From an uncultured bacterium (GTDB lineage Bacteria > Lernaellota > Lernaellaia > Lernaellales > Lernaellaceae), in contig CAZHPN010000048.1 of the NCBI GenBank assembly GCA_964534375.1, positions 1-35,435 of the forward strand: 35,435 bases of DNA, in the 5' to 3' direction. A model generated the notes under the pieces. It saw only the letters and a list, made by a program, of their open reading frames with translations, searched no databases and was not told where the DNA came from. Position numbers and translations under genes: made by a program. The first letter of the stretch is position 1. Each line of letters begins with the position of its first letter. Shown here piece by piece: positions 15,302 to 24,816 of the stretch.

Positions 15302-16343
15302 GGCTCGGTTCCTTTTCTCGCAGACTGAGGAAATGGATCAAATCCGCGAGGCGGGCCGCATAGCCCGTCTCGTTGTCGTACCACAATAATAATTTAACCA
15401 GCGTTCCGCCGCCGTCAGGGTCGGCCGCGATCAGGGTGCGCGGCGCATCGAGGACCGCGCTCGCCGCGGCGCCGAGAAAATCGCAGGAAACCAACGGCTC
15501 GTCGCAGATTTCGAGGATGCCGCGCAGGCGGCCGGCGGCTTGGCGGCGCAGGCAGTCGTTGACGGCCGCCGCGTCCGCCGGCGCGCGCAACAGGACCGTC
15601 AAATCGACCAGGCTGACGTTCGGCGTGGGGACGCGCAACGAGAGCCCGCGCAGACGCGGGGCCAGTTCGGGCAGCACGAGGGCCAGCGCGGCGGCGGCGC
15701 CCGTCGTGGTCGGGATGATGCTCAACGCAGCGGCGCGTGCGCGGGCGAGATCGGCGTGGGGCGCGTCGACCAGCCGCTGGTCCTGCGTGTAGGAATGCAC
15801 GGTGGCGACGACGCCCTGCCGCACGCCAAATTCGGCGTCGAGGGCCAGCAGCACGGGCGCGAGAGCGTTGGTCGTGCAACTGGCGTTCGAGACCAGATGA
15901 TGCGCCGCCGGGTCGTATTCGCGCTCGTTGACGCCGAGCACGATGGTCTTGATGGTTTCTTTGTCGGCGAGCGCGGGATTGGCCGTTAACACGGCCTTGC
16001 AAGCCCCGGCGTCGAGATGGCCTTGCAGATCGGCGCAGCCGCAGTGGCAACCCGTCGCGTCGACCGCCGCCCAGACGCCGAGACCGCGCCAATCGAGGTC
16101 GCGCGGGCGGCCGGCGCGAAAAGTCGGGATCGCGCAGCCGTCCACGACAAGGCGGTCGCCTTCGGCGCGCGCCTCGCCGGGAAAGCGGCCGTGCACGGAA
16201 TCGTATTTGAGAAGATGGGCCAGCACCGGCGCGGCGGCCAGATCGTTGATCGCGACAACCTCGAGATCGTTTCGCCGGCGCGTCGCGCGGAAGAACGCGC
16301 GGCCTACGCGGCCGAACCCGTTGATAGCGACCCGAATCGCCAT
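15282..16343 (-). CDS. gap: Type I glyceraldehyde-3-phosphate dehydrogenase (divergent, Cys-rich)
   Basis: INGFGRVGR, SNASCTTN, HSYT, PTTTGAA, RVPT and WYDNE motifs. First gene of the gap-pgk-tpiA operon; overlaps pgk by 20 nt. Confidence 0.92.
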   Translation of the reverse strand: MAIRVAINGFGRVGRAFFRATRRRNDLEVVAINDLAAAPVLAHLLKYDSVHGRFPGEARAEGDRLVVDGCAIPTFRAGRPRDLDWRGLGVWAAVDATGCHCGCADLQGHLDAGACKAVLTANPALADKETIKTIVLGVNEREYDPAAHHLVSNASCTTNALAPVLLALDAEFGVRQGVVATVHSYTQDQRLVDAPHADLARARAAALSIIPTTTGAAAALALVLPELAPRLRGLSLRVPTPNVSLVDLTVLLRAPADAAAVNDCLRRQAAGRLRGILEICDEPLVSCDFLGAAASAVLDAPRTLIAADPDGGGTLVKLLLWYDNETGYAARLADLIHFLSLREKEPSHGDQVS

Positions 16344-16393
16344 GCAGCCTCATTTGTGAACGGCGCGGCGACCGCCAACGCCGCAGGTCGCGA

Positions 16394-16421
16394 ATCTTAT
16401 CCCGCGACGGCGGAGTGTCAA
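16394..16421 (-). promoter_or_regulatory. Putative sigma70 promoter of the gap-pgk-tpiA operon
   Basis: TTGACA-N16-TAAGAT on the minus strand, about 50 nt upstream of the gap ATG. Confidence 0.6.
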
Positions 16422-16434
16422 CCGGGAGAGAGAG

Positions 16435-16457
16435 TGAACAAGGAAGAAGGAAAAAGG
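16435..16457 (+). repeat. Short degenerate GGAAAAA-family heptamer arm
   Basis: TGAACAA GGAAGAA GGAAAAA GG, just beyond the gap -35 box. Confidence 0.45.
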
Positions 16458-16508
16458 CCGCTCGCCAGCCGCCGAAAGGCTGATCGTTCGGGGGCGTCGG
16501 TCGGCGCG

Positions 16509-16985
16509 CTAGAAGGTCAGCTTGAAAACGTTGCCGTGCCAGATTTTTTCGAGGCCGTAGCGGCCGGGCTCGGCCGAGAGCGAAACCTTCGGGAGTTTCC
16601 AGTCGACGGCGGCTTCTTTCTTTTCGATCGTCAAACTGGCGGGGGCGTCTTCGTGTCCGGCGTTGACCGGCAGCGTCATGCCCAGCACGATGCCGGCGGC
16701 CGTGCCAATCATGCCGGAGGCGATCAAAACCGTCGAGAAATTGCGGTCGGCCACGGGGTTGTAATAGAAAATCAAGACCATGCCGCCGACGATCACGCCG
16801 GTGACCGCGCCGATCGCCGTGGCGATGCCCAGGACCTGGCCGCGCCCCGGCTCGAAGGGCGGCGGCGGCGGGGCATAATCCCCGGACTGCGGATCGCGCA
16901 CCATCTGGGTAGGATCATCGGCCCGCGCGGCCGTCGTGACGGCCAACAGCGCAACGCATAAGAAGCAACATAGCAGTGAACGCAC
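16509..16985 (-). CDS. Hypothetical exported/membrane protein (signal peptide, Gly-rich hydrophobic hairpin, C-terminal Phe)
   Basis: GTG 16985 with an AAGGAG RBS. AxA signal ending ARA, two GxxxG-rich helices, ends VFKLTF. Confidence 0.7.
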   Translation of the reverse strand: MRSLLCCFLCVALLAVTTAARADDPTQMVRDPQSGDYAPPPPPFEPGRGQVLGIATAIGAVTGVIVGGMVLIFYYNPVADRNFSTVLIASGMIGTAAGIVLGMTLPVNAGHEDAPASLTIEKKEAAVDWKLPKVSLSAEPGRYGLEKIWHGNVFKLTF

Positions 16986-17031
16986 GATTCTCCGCTCCTT
17001 GCAGGTTAGACGCCCTGACTCGGGATGCGTT

Positions 17032-17060
17032 ACTTTAAATGGGCGGCGAGAAACAGGCAA
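17032..17060 (-). promoter_or_regulatory. Putative sigma70 promoter for the 16985 gene
   Basis: TTGCCT-N17-TAAAGT on the minus strand. Confidence 0.45.
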
Positions 17061-17070
17061 GAGGCAAAAG

Positions 17071-17244
17071 AAGGAAAAAGGAAAAAGGAAAAAATCGGAG
17101 GACGCGGCGGCGCCCCTGCAGCGACCAGAGCCCCAAAGAATAAGGGGAAAAAAGCCAAAAGGCGGCGGCGATCATCCGGCGGAGGGATCGCGGTTGCGCG
17201 CAGGTTTTGCTTACTTTTTCCTTTTTCCTTTTTCCTTTTTCCTT
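17071..17244. mobile_element. MITE-like element bounded by inverted (GGAAAAA)n arms
   Basis: 17071-17093 is the exact reverse complement of 17222-17244 (23 bp). The right arm overlaps the yjbQ stop codon. Mobility is inferred only. Confidence 0.55.
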
Positions 17245-17656
17245 ACTCGCCGATCGCCTTGGCGACGACGCGCTTCCGGCGCCGGCCGTCGAATTCGCAG
17301 TAATAGATTTGTTGCCACGGGCCGAGGTCGAGCTTGCCCTCGGTGATCGGCAGGACAACCTGCGGATGGACGACGATGCTTTTCAGGTGCGCGTCGCCGT
17401 TGTCTTCGCCGGTGCGGTGATGTCGGTAATTTTTCCCGAACGGGGCCAGGTTTTCGAGCAACTCGTCGATGTCGGCGATGATGCCGGGCTCGGCGTCGTT
17501 GATCCAGACGCCGGCCGTAATGTGCATCGCGCTGACCAGGATCATCCCCTCCTGGATGCCGGATTCGCGCACCACCTTTTCCACGTCGTCGGTAATGTTC
17601 ACGTACTCGCGACGCTTTTTGGTGTTAAACCACAAATAATCGGTGTGGCTTTTCAT
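17243..17656 (-). CDS. yjbQ: YjbQ / UPF0047 (secondary thiamine-phosphate synthase) family protein
   Basis: [21 protein letters not shown] and [16 protein letters not shown] motifs. ATG 17656 has an AAGGAGG RBS. This is the C-terminal 137 aa of the 914-aa track ORF. Confidence 0.93.
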   Translation of the reverse strand: MKSHTDYLWFNTKKRREYVNITDDVEKVVRESGIQEGMILVSAMHITAGVWINDAEPGIIADIDELLENLAPFGKNYRHHRTGEDNGDAHLKSIVVHPQVVLPITEGKLDLGPWQQIYYCEFDGRRRKRVVAKAIGE

Positions 17657-17786
17657 GCGGCCTCCTTGGCGCCCCGTGTTTACACCATTTGCAGGAATCT
17701 GAAAACCCGGCGCTAACCGAGCGCTAACCAAATGCCCGCGCGCGCCGACAGGCATGGCGGATTGAGCGGCGGCGTTCTGGCTCCGA

Positions 17787-17828
17787 TCTGCTGACCTCTG
17801 TTTCCTGCCTTCTGACTTCTGACTTCCA
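17787..17828 (-). repeat. Heptamer array (AGAAGTC family on the minus strand) downstream of the MBL gene
   Basis: On the + strand: TCTGCTG ACCTCTG TTTCCTG CCTTCTG ACTTCTG ACTTCCA. Confidence 0.8.
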
Positions 17829-17853
17829 GCCCGGGGCGAAGCAAGCCCCGCCT

Positions 17854-19248
17854 CTACAGATCCGCGCAATCGTGCAGCATCGGCACGGTCGCGGCGATGC
17901 CGAAGCGCTGCGCGACCGACCCGGCAAAGGCGGTCGCCGCGGTTTCTTCGCCGTGCACGACGAACGTGCGCGGTTTGCCGGCGGCGACGGGGGCGAGCCA
18001 ATTCAGCAGGCCGTCGCGGTCGGCATGGGCCGACAAGCCGCCGATGGTGGCGACGTGCGCGGCGACAGCGATCGTCTCGCCCATGATTTTCACCCGCGGC
18101 GCGCCGTCGACGATCAGCCGCCCGAGCGTGCCGGCGCCCTGGAACCCGACGAAAACGATGCGGCTTTCGCGCCGCCAGAGGTTGTGTTTGAGGTGGTGCA
18201 ATATGCGCCCGGCGCTGCACATGCCGTTGGCGCTGATGATGATGCTCGGCTCGCGAATATTGTTGATCGCCTGCGATTCCTGGACCGAGCGCGTGAAGCT
18301 TAGTTTCGGCACGGCAAGTGGATCGTGGTGGACGACGTTCAACTCGTGCAGCGTTTCCTCGTCGAAACATTCGGAATTTTCGCGCACGACCTGCGTCACG
18401 CTGATCGCCAGCGGCGAATCGACAAACACGCGGAACGGCGGCAGACCGCCCGCGTCGGACAGCTCGCGCAAGCGGTACAGAATTTCCTGGGTGCGGCCTA
18501 CGGCGAACGACGGAATCACGACGTTGCCGCCGTCGTGGTAGGCGTCCTTCAGAATTTGCGCGAGTTCGCCGATGGTGTCGGCGTGGCTTTTGTGCAGCCG
18601 ATCGCCATAGGTCGACTCGATGAGCAGCGCGTCGGTCGGCCGCGGCGGCGACGGATTGCAAATGATCGCTTGCCCCTCGTTGCCGACGTCGCCCGAGAAA
18701 GTCAGCCGGAAGGCGCGGCCGTTTTCCTCGACGACGGTCTCGACGAACGCGCTGCCCAGGATGTGCCCCGCGTCGCGGAACACGGCCCGCAGGCCGGGGA
18801 CGAGCGGCGCTTCCTGCTCGTATTCGTGGGCGACGAACAGCTTCGCCGCGGCCTCGGCGTCGTCGATCGAATAAAGCGGTTGGATCGGCGGCTCGCCGGC
18901 GCGCGCCGCTTTGCGGTTGTGGCGTTCGGCGTCGCCGGCGGCGATGTGCGCCGAGTCGAGCAGCATCAGCGGCGCCAACTGGCAGGTCGCGCGCGTCGCA
19001 TGAATCGGCCCGGCGTAGCCCTCGTGGACCAATTTCGGCAGCAGGCCGATGTGGTCGATGTGCGCGTGCGTCGCCACCACGGCGTCCAACCGCCGCGGAT
19101 CGAACACGAACAGCCCGTGGTTGCGCCGCTCGAGCGTCGCCGAGCCCTGGTACATTCCGCAATCGACAAGCACCGTGCGCTCGCCGATGTGCAGCAGATA
19201 CGACGAGCCGGTGACCGTGCGCGCCGCCCCGAGAAACTCCAACCGCAT
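17854..19248 (-). CDS. MBL-fold / beta-CASP RNA-processing metallo-hydrolase (YSH1/CPSF3-like)
   Basis: [47 protein letters not shown] and SAHAD motifs. ATG 19248 has a CAGGAGG RBS. Confidence 0.95.
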   Translation of the reverse strand: MRLEFLGAARTVTGSSYLLHIGERTVLVDCGMYQGSATLERRNHGLFVFDPRRLDAVVATHAHIDHIGLLPKLVHEGYAGPIHATRATCQLAPLMLLDSAHIAAGDAERHNRKAARAGEPPIQPLYSIDDAEAAAKLFVAHEYEQEAPLVPGLRAVFRDAGHILGSAFVETVVEENGRAFRLTFSGDVGNEGQAIICNPSPPRPTDALLIESTYGDRLHKSHADTIGELAQILKDAYHDGGNVVIPSFAVGRTQEILYRLRELSDAGGLPPFRVFVDSPLAISVTQVVRENSECFDEETLHELNVVHHDPLAVPKLSFTRSVQESQAINNIREPSIIISANGMCSAGRILHHLKHNLWRRESRIVFVGFQGAGTLGRLIVDGAPRVKIMGETIAVAAHVATIGGLSAHADRDGLLNWLAPVAAGKPRTFVVHGEETAATAFAGSVAQRFGIAATVPMLHDCADL

Positions 19249-19320
19249 GAACGCCTCCTGTTGTCGAACATTGAAAAAATATACCACGGATTTCCGCGGG
19301 AAAGTTTACGGCATCATCTA

Positions 19321-19356
19321 AACAGGATTCGCAGGATTTACAGGATGGACAAGATC
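19321..19356 (+). repeat. Nonamer array (NNCAGGATN), single arm
   Basis: AACAGGATT CGCAGGATT TACAGGATG GACAAGATC. Same family as the arms at 33335-33486. Confidence 0.75.
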
Positions 19357-19483
19357 GACCCGAGGGATCTTGAACGGATTCCGCCGCGGGCGTCTTGTTT
19401 TTCAACGGCCGACCGGCCATGATGATTCGGCAATCGCGGATTAAACCTGTGGTCATGCGGCCCGAATCTCGGCTGAGGAAAAC

Positions 19484-20278
19484 ATGCGCTTCACCGCTGA
19501 ATTTTCTTTGATGCGCGCCCTGCGCCGCCTTGCGCTGCCCGCGCTGTTGGCGCTGGCGCTCGGCTGCGCGCCGACCGTGAAACATCTCAACCTCTTCGGC
19601 AAAGATCCGGAACACGTGTGGCTGGTGTACGGCGTCGAAAAAGACGGCAGTGTCACGCCGCAAGGGTTTCAGCATCCGGCGAAATTCACCGCGGAGCAAA
19701 TCGACGACATGCTCACGGCCGTGCGCTATGGCGAGGACTTCATGTACGCTTGGCGCGACCGCGGCCGGGTTTTCTTCGAGGCGGAGCGGGCGAAATTGGC
19801 GCCGTGGCTCGCCGACGCCCTCGGCCGCGCGACGCCCGATCAGTGGGTCCATTTCGCGATCACGAGCATGAAGACCGAATTGCTGTTCAAGACCCTGCGC
19901 ATGAGCGACGGCGCGTGTTTCGTCAAGGACGGCAAGTTCAATCTGGTCATGGCCAATCTGAATTATGAAGTCATCGAACCCGACCACGACTTATTCATCC
20001 ACGACCCGCGCGACCGCTCGCTGTTCGGCATGTTCCGGCTCACGCCCATGCCCGAGAAAGGCATCGAGGCGCCGCCAGTGGTCAAGGGCGACAAGTACCT
20101 GAACACGGCGCACCGCAATTGGCTCACGATCGACACCACGAAGTTTTTTGAGGTCCTGGCCCAGGAACGAAAGGCCGCCCCGCCGGCGACGCCGCCTCCC
20201 GTGGAGGCGCCGCCGCTGACTGCGCCGCCGGTCTCGCCGCCGCCCCCGCCGCCGCCCCCGCCGGGCGGACGGACCTAG
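19484..20278 (+). CDS. Hypothetical lipoprotein with Pro-rich C-terminus
   Basis: Lipobox LALGC and GAGGA RBS. C-terminus [13 protein letters not shown]. Alternative start at 19511. Confidence 0.75.
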   Translation: MRFTAEFSLMRALRRLALPALLALALGCAPTVKHLNLFGKDPEHVWLVYGVEKDGSVTPQGFQHPAKFTAEQIDDMLTAVRYGEDFMYAWRDRGRVFFEAERAKLAPWLADALGRATPDQWVHFAITSMKTELLFKTLRMSDGACFVKDGKFNLVMANLNYEVIEPDHDLFIHDPRDRSLFGMFRLTPMPEKGIEAPPVVKGDKYLNTAHRNWLTIDTTKFFEVLAQERKAAPPATPPPVEAPPLTAPPVSPPPPPPPPPGGRT

Positions 20279-20329
20279 CGACCGGCGGGCCGGCCGGCGC
20301 GCGACGCGGAGGCGAACGGGTTGCGCGGT

Positions 20330-23300
20330 TTACGCGTCGGTTCCCAACGGCTGTCCCGCCGGCGGGTTCTCCTTTTCGAACATCGGGTAGAGAATCGGCA
20401 ATATCAGCAGCGTCAGGAACGTCGCGGTGACGAGCCCGCCGATGATGACGACGGCGAACGGCCGCGCGGTTTCGGCGCCGACGCCCTTCGACAACGCGGC
20501 CGGCAATAGCCCCAAGGCCGCCATCATGCTGGTCATCACCACGGGCCGGACGCGCGAGACGGCGCCTTCGACGACCGCTTCGTCCATCGGCTTTCCCTCG
20601 TGCCGCAACTGCCGGATTCGTTCGACCAACAACACGCCGCTTTGAATTGCGACGCCGAACAACGCAATGAACCCGACCATCGACGAAACCGACAAGTTCA
20701 AGCGGGCCACCGGCAACGCCAAAATGCCGCCCACCGCCGAAAACGGCACGCACAGCAAAATCAGGCCAGCCAGCCGGCCCGACGAGCCGAACGCCGAGAA
20801 CAGGAGGAAGAACATCGCGATCAACGTTAGCGGAATCACGACCAGCAGCCGTTTCGTGGCCCGCTGCTGGTTCTCGAACGAGCCGGCCCACGCGACGCGA
20901 TAGCCTTTGGGCAGCCGCGCGATCTCCGGGTCGATGCGCTTTTTGATCTCGGCGACGAGCGAGCCCAAGTCGCGGTCGCGCACGCCGAATTTGACCGCGA
21001 TGCCGCGGGCGTTTTCCTCGCGGTACAATTTGGAAAAACCCGAACCCACGTTGACCGTCGTCACCGAACCGAGCGTCAGCCGTTCGCCGTTCGTGCCGAA
21101 CACGGGAATATTGCGAATCGAGTCCACGTCCGACACGGCGTGCGGCGTCAGTTTCACCGTCAGATCGAACGTCCGCTCGCCTTCCAGCACCTGCGTCGCC
21201 ACGCCGCCGCCCATCGCCGTTTCGATCACCGTTTGAACGTCCGACACGCTCAACCCGTACCGGGCGATGGCGTTGCGGTCGACGGCGATCTGAATTTGCG
21301 GCTGACCCAACAGGTGCTCGGCGCTGACGTCGGCGGCGCCGGGGACGCTCTTGATGATCTCCGCCAGGCTATCCGCGGCCTTTTGCAGCACGCCCGCGTC
21401 TTCGCCGAATATCTTGAGGCTCAGTTCGCTTTTGATTCCGGACACGGCCTCGTTGACGTTGTCTTCGATGTACTGGCTGAACTGCGGGTCGATCCCCGGA
21501 ATGGCCTTCAGTTTCTTCGCCATGGCCTCGCACAATTCCTCGCGCGTCTTCGCGGTCGTCCATTCCGGTTGCGGCCGCAGGCCGACGCCGAACTCGCAGA
21601 CGTCGAACCCGTTGATGTCCGTGCCGTCGTCCGGCCGGCCCAGATCGCTCCAGACGTCGCTGACCTCCGGAAACGAAATCAAGATGCCGCGCATGTTTTT
21701 TACGAGGCGGGCCGCCTCGGAAGGCGCGATCGTTTCGGGCATGAACACGCGGACCCACAGCGTTCCCTCTTCCAATTTGGGCAGGAACTCGGTGCCGATC
21801 AGCGCCAGGCAAACGACGCCGCCCAGCAGCAATGCGGCGACGCCGAGCAGGACCTTCGTCCGCGCGCGGATCGCGCCGAGCAGCAACGGGCGATACCAAC
21901 GCAGCAGATCCCGGACAATGCGGGATTGTTCCAGGCCGACTTTCTTGCGCAAGGCGAAGGTCGCCAGAACGGGCACAACCGTCAGCGCGAACAACGTGCC
22001 GGCGATCACGGCGAACGTCAGCGTCAACGCCATCGGCCGGAAGATTCGGCCTTCGACGTGCTGCAGCGAATACAGCGGGATGAAAGCCGTCAGCAGAATC
22101 GCCTTGGCGAACAGGATCGGCCGGCCCATCTGCGACACGGCTTCGACAATGATCGCCGCGATCGGCGCCGGGCCGGCGGGCGCGAGGCCCACGGAGCAAG
22201 GGTCCACTTGGACCAAATCGCCGGCCGCCGGCGCGGGGCGGCGTTTGCGCTCTTCGAGCAACCGCAAAATATTCTCGATGATCACGACGGCGGAATCGAC
22301 GATGATGCCGAAATCGATGGCGCCCATGGAAATCAGATTCGCCGGAATGCCGCGCAAATCGAGGAGGAAAAATGCGCCGAGCAGCGACAAGGGGACGACC
22401 GAGCCCACCACCAGCGCCGACCGCACGTTGCCGAGACCGAGAAAAAGCAGCAGCACGCCCAGCACCAGCGTGATGCCTTCGAGCATGTTGCGGCGCACGG
22501 TATGGAGGGTCAGCGCGAGCAACGGCGCCCGATCGTACGGCAGAATCACTTTCACGCCGGGCGGCAAATAATGAGCGTTGATCTCGTTCACTTTTTCATG
22601 GACGCGCTCCAGCGCTTCGTGCGCGTTTTCGCCCCGCCGCATCAGCACGATGCCCTGCGGCACGTCGTCGTTGTCCGTCCAGCCCTGCGGGTCCGCGCCG
22701 TTCGGCGCGCCGGTGCGCTGCGGACCGCGGCTCAGTTCCCAACCGGCTTTGACCGCGAGGCCGACGCGATTCAGGCGGACCTTCTCGCCGATCGTGACCG
22801 CGCCGATGTCGCGAATGCGAATGGGGACGCCGCCGCGCGTGTCGACGGCGATCGCGCCGATGTCGTCGGTGTTTTGGACGAAGCCGAGACCGCGGACGAT
22901 GTACAATTCCGAGCCGTGCTCGACGTAGGAGCCGCCGGCGTTGCGGTTGCCGTTGGCCAAGGCGTCAAAGACCTGTTTGAGCGACAGGTTGTAGGCGCGC
23001 AGCCGCAGCGGATCGACCAGCACCTGATATTCCTTGACCGGTCCGCCGAATTCGACCACGTCGACCACGCCGGGGACGGTCTTCAATTGGCGCTCGACGA
23101 CCCAGACCATCGTCGCTTTCAAGTCGATCGGCGAAAACCCGGGCGGCGCGGTCAGCGACACGCGGCAGATTTCACCGATAGCGGTGGCGTCGGGCGACAA
23201 GCTGGCCTGCGCGCCCGGCGGCAGCGTGACGTTGGCCAGATGCTGAAACGCCTGATTGCGCACGTAGTCGCTGCTCGCGTCGTCGGCGAAAACCATGGTC

Positions 23301-23581
23301 ACGACCGACAGCCCGAACAGCGAATACGACCGCATCGACAACCGCTTCGGGATGCCGTTCATTTCGCTTTCGAGCGGAATCGTGACGAGCTTCTCGACTT
23401 CCTCGGCGGCGTGCCCGGGAAAGAGCGTGATGATTTGCACTTCGAGATTTGTCACATCGGGATAGGCGTCGACGGGCAATGTCACATAAGCGCGCACGCC
23501 GGCGACCACGAAAACCGCCGTCAGGAACAGCAGGATGGCCCGGTGCTGCAAGGCGTAGGCGGTGAACTTGCCCATCGTCAT
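20330..23581 (-). CDS. CusA/CzcA-family heavy-metal efflux RND transporter
   Basis: LPVDAYPDV, GAIDFGIIVDSAVVIIEN (HME-RND TM4 motif), EGRIFRPMA, EFLPKLEEG and RVRPVVMT motifs. ATGA overlap with the adaptor stop. Confidence 0.95.
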   Translation of the reverse strand: MTMGKFTAYALQHRAILLFLTAVFVVAGVRAYVTLPVDAYPDVTNLEVQIITLFPGHAAEEVEKLVTIPLESEMNGIPKRLSMRSYSLFGLSVVTMVFADDASSDYVRNQAFQHLANVTLPPGAQASLSPDATAIGEICRVSLTAPPGFSPIDLKATMVWVVERQLKTVPGVVDVVEFGGPVKEYQVLVDPLRLRAYNLSLKQVFDALANGNRNAGGSYVEHGSELYIVRGLGFVQNTDDIGAIAVDTRGGVPIRIRDIGAVTIGEKVRLNRVGLAVKAGWELSRGPQRTGAPNGADPQGWTDNDDVPQGIVLMRRGENAHEALERVHEKVNEINAHYLPPGVKVILPYDRAPLLALTLHTVRRNMLEGITLVLGVLLLFLGLGNVRSALVVGSVVPLSLLGAFFLLDLRGIPANLISMGAIDFGIIVDSAVVIIENILRLLEERKRRPAPAAGDLVQVDPCSVGLAPAGPAPIAAIIVEAVSQMGRPILFAKAILLTAFIPLYSLQHVEGRIFRPMALTLTFAVIAGTLFALTVVPVLATFALRKKVGLEQSRIVRDLLRWYRPLLLGAIRARTKVLLGVAALLLGGVVCLALIGTEFLPKLEEGTLWVRVFMPETIAPSEAARLVKNMRGILISFPEVSDVWSDLGRPDDGTDINGFDVCEFGVGLRPQPEWTTAKTREELCEAMAKKLKAIPGIDPQFSQYIEDNVNEAVSGIKSELSLKIFGEDAGVLQKAADSLAEIIKSVPGAADVSAEHLLGQPQIQIAVDRNAIARYGLSVSDVQTVIETAMGGGVATQVLEGERTFDLTVKLTPHAVSDVDSIRNIPVFGTNGERLTLGSVTTVNVGSGFSKLYREENARGIAVKFGVRDRDLGSLVAEIKKRIDPEIARLPKGYRVAWAGSFENQQRATKRLLVVIPLTLIAMFFLLFSAFGSSGRLAGLILLCVPFSAVGGILALPVARLNLSVSSMVGFIALFGVAIQSGVLLVERIRQLRHEGKPMDEAVVEGAVSRVRPVVMTSMMAALGLLPAALSKGVGAETARPFAVVIIGGLVTATFLTLLILPILYPMFEKENPPAGQPLGTDA

Positions 23582-24708
23582 TTCCCGCCGGACTCGATCA
23601 GTTGTTCCAGAAGCAGGCTGCCGTCGGTCACGACGCGGCGGCCGGCCGCCAGGCCGCCGGTCACGTTGATCTTGCCGTCGTGTTCGCCGTCGATCTGCAC
23701 CTCCTGCCGCGCGAAGCGTCCGCCGCCCTCGTCGACGAACACGTAGTATTTGCCGTCTTTCAGAAAGATGGCGCGCTTCGAGATCGCGGTTTCGGGCGCG
23801 GCGCTCTTCTGCAGGTCCACGGCGACGTACATCTCGGCCTTCAGCCGCCGCGTCGGATTGTCGATCGCGCCGCGCGCTTTGACCGTCCGCGTGCCCGGAT
23901 CGAGCGCATCGGTGATCAGGTTCAACGTCCCGGCAAACGTCTCGTCGGGATAAGCCTGCGTGCGCACGGCGAAGGTCTGGCCGGGGTGCAGCGAGGACAA
24001 ATCCTTCTCGGCGACATCGAGTTGCACCCACAAGCGGGTCGGGTCGGTCACGACAAACAACGGCGGCATCGCCGAGATCAGTTCGTCGGGGCGGACTTCG
24101 CGGCCGACGCTCAGATTGCGCTCCACGATCACCCCGGCGATCGGGCTGCGCAACGTGAACGCGCCCGCCGTTTCCGCGCCGACCGAACCGACGTTCGCCA
24201 GCCGCGCCGCCGCCCGCTCTTTTTCGGCGCGGGCCCGGTTGAAATCGGCCTCCGCGCTTTCCACATCTTTTTTCGCGGCGGCCCCGTGATCGAACAAATC
24301 GCGCATGCGCGTCCGGGCGCGGTCGGCCTGCGCAAAATCGCTGTCGGCCTTGCGGGCGTCGGCCTTCGCCTGGCCGAAATCCGGCGAATCGATCAGGGCC
24401 AGCGCCTGGCCCTTGGTCACGGGTTTGCCGATATCGACGAAAATTTCGCGCACGCGGCCGGCCAGCGGCGCAAAGACGCGCGCGGTCGCGTCGTCGTTCC
24501 AGACGAGCCGGCCGGTCAGGTGAATGAACGAACCCTGGCGCGTCTCGACCGGCTCGATCGTCAACGAGGCGAGTTGCGGGGCGTCCTTCAGAATCACGCG
24601 CTCGCCCGCGACTTCAAAGCGGGTGTCTTTGTCCGCCGCGCCACCCCGCGCGCAGCCGGCAATCGCGCCCGAGAAAATGAACATCACGATGACGACGATG
24701 TTTCTCAT
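23578..24708 (-). CDS. RND efflux periplasmic adaptor (CzcB/CusB-like MFP)
   Basis: VFAPLAGRV, LRSPIAGVIVER, LDPGTRTVKAR and GLAAGRRVVTDG motifs, with an N-terminal lipobox-like IAGC. An in-frame alternative ATG at 24816 overlaps the TolC stop. Confidence 0.93.
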   Translation of the reverse strand: MRNIVVIVMFIFSGAIAGCARGGAADKDTRFEVAGERVILKDAPQLASLTIEPVETRQGSFIHLTGRLVWNDDATARVFAPLAGRVREIFVDIGKPVTKGQALALIDSPDFGQAKADARKADSDFAQADRARTRMRDLFDHGAAAKKDVESAEADFNRARAEKERAAARLANVGSVGAETAGAFTLRSPIAGVIVERNLSVGREVRPDELISAMPPLFVVTDPTRLWVQLDVAEKDLSSLHPGQTFAVRTQAYPDETFAGTLNLITDALDPGTRTVKARGAIDNPTRRLKAEMYVAVDLQKSAAPETAISKRAIFLKDGKYYVFVDEGGGRFARQEVQIDGEHDGKINVTGGLAAGRRVVTDGSLLLEQLIESGGK

Positions 24709-24781
24709 CGGTTCCCTCTTCTCACGAACAAATCCGTGGGCCATTTGCGCACGCCGCACCGTTGGGCGCCGTAAGTTGCAT

Positions 24782-24816
24782 GGTTCACTGTTCACTGTTC
24801 GCTGTTCCCTGCTCAT
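24782..24816 (-). repeat. Heptamer array (TGTTCAC family on +) at the TolC stop
   Basis: GGTTCAC TGTTCAC TGTTCGC TGTTCCC TGCTCAT. 24789-24804 is identical to 33440-33455. Confidence 0.8.

Noticed and set aside
17657..17853. TPP riboswitch upstream of yjbQ
   Set aside because: No CUGAGA or other TPP core motifs. The region holds a heptamer array and a short GCGCTAACC duplication.
17243..19987. 914-aa fusion ORF from the track
   Set aside because: Only the last 137 aa (YjbQ, own RBS) are real. The rest is an off-frame shadow over the MBL gene and the lipoprotein gene.
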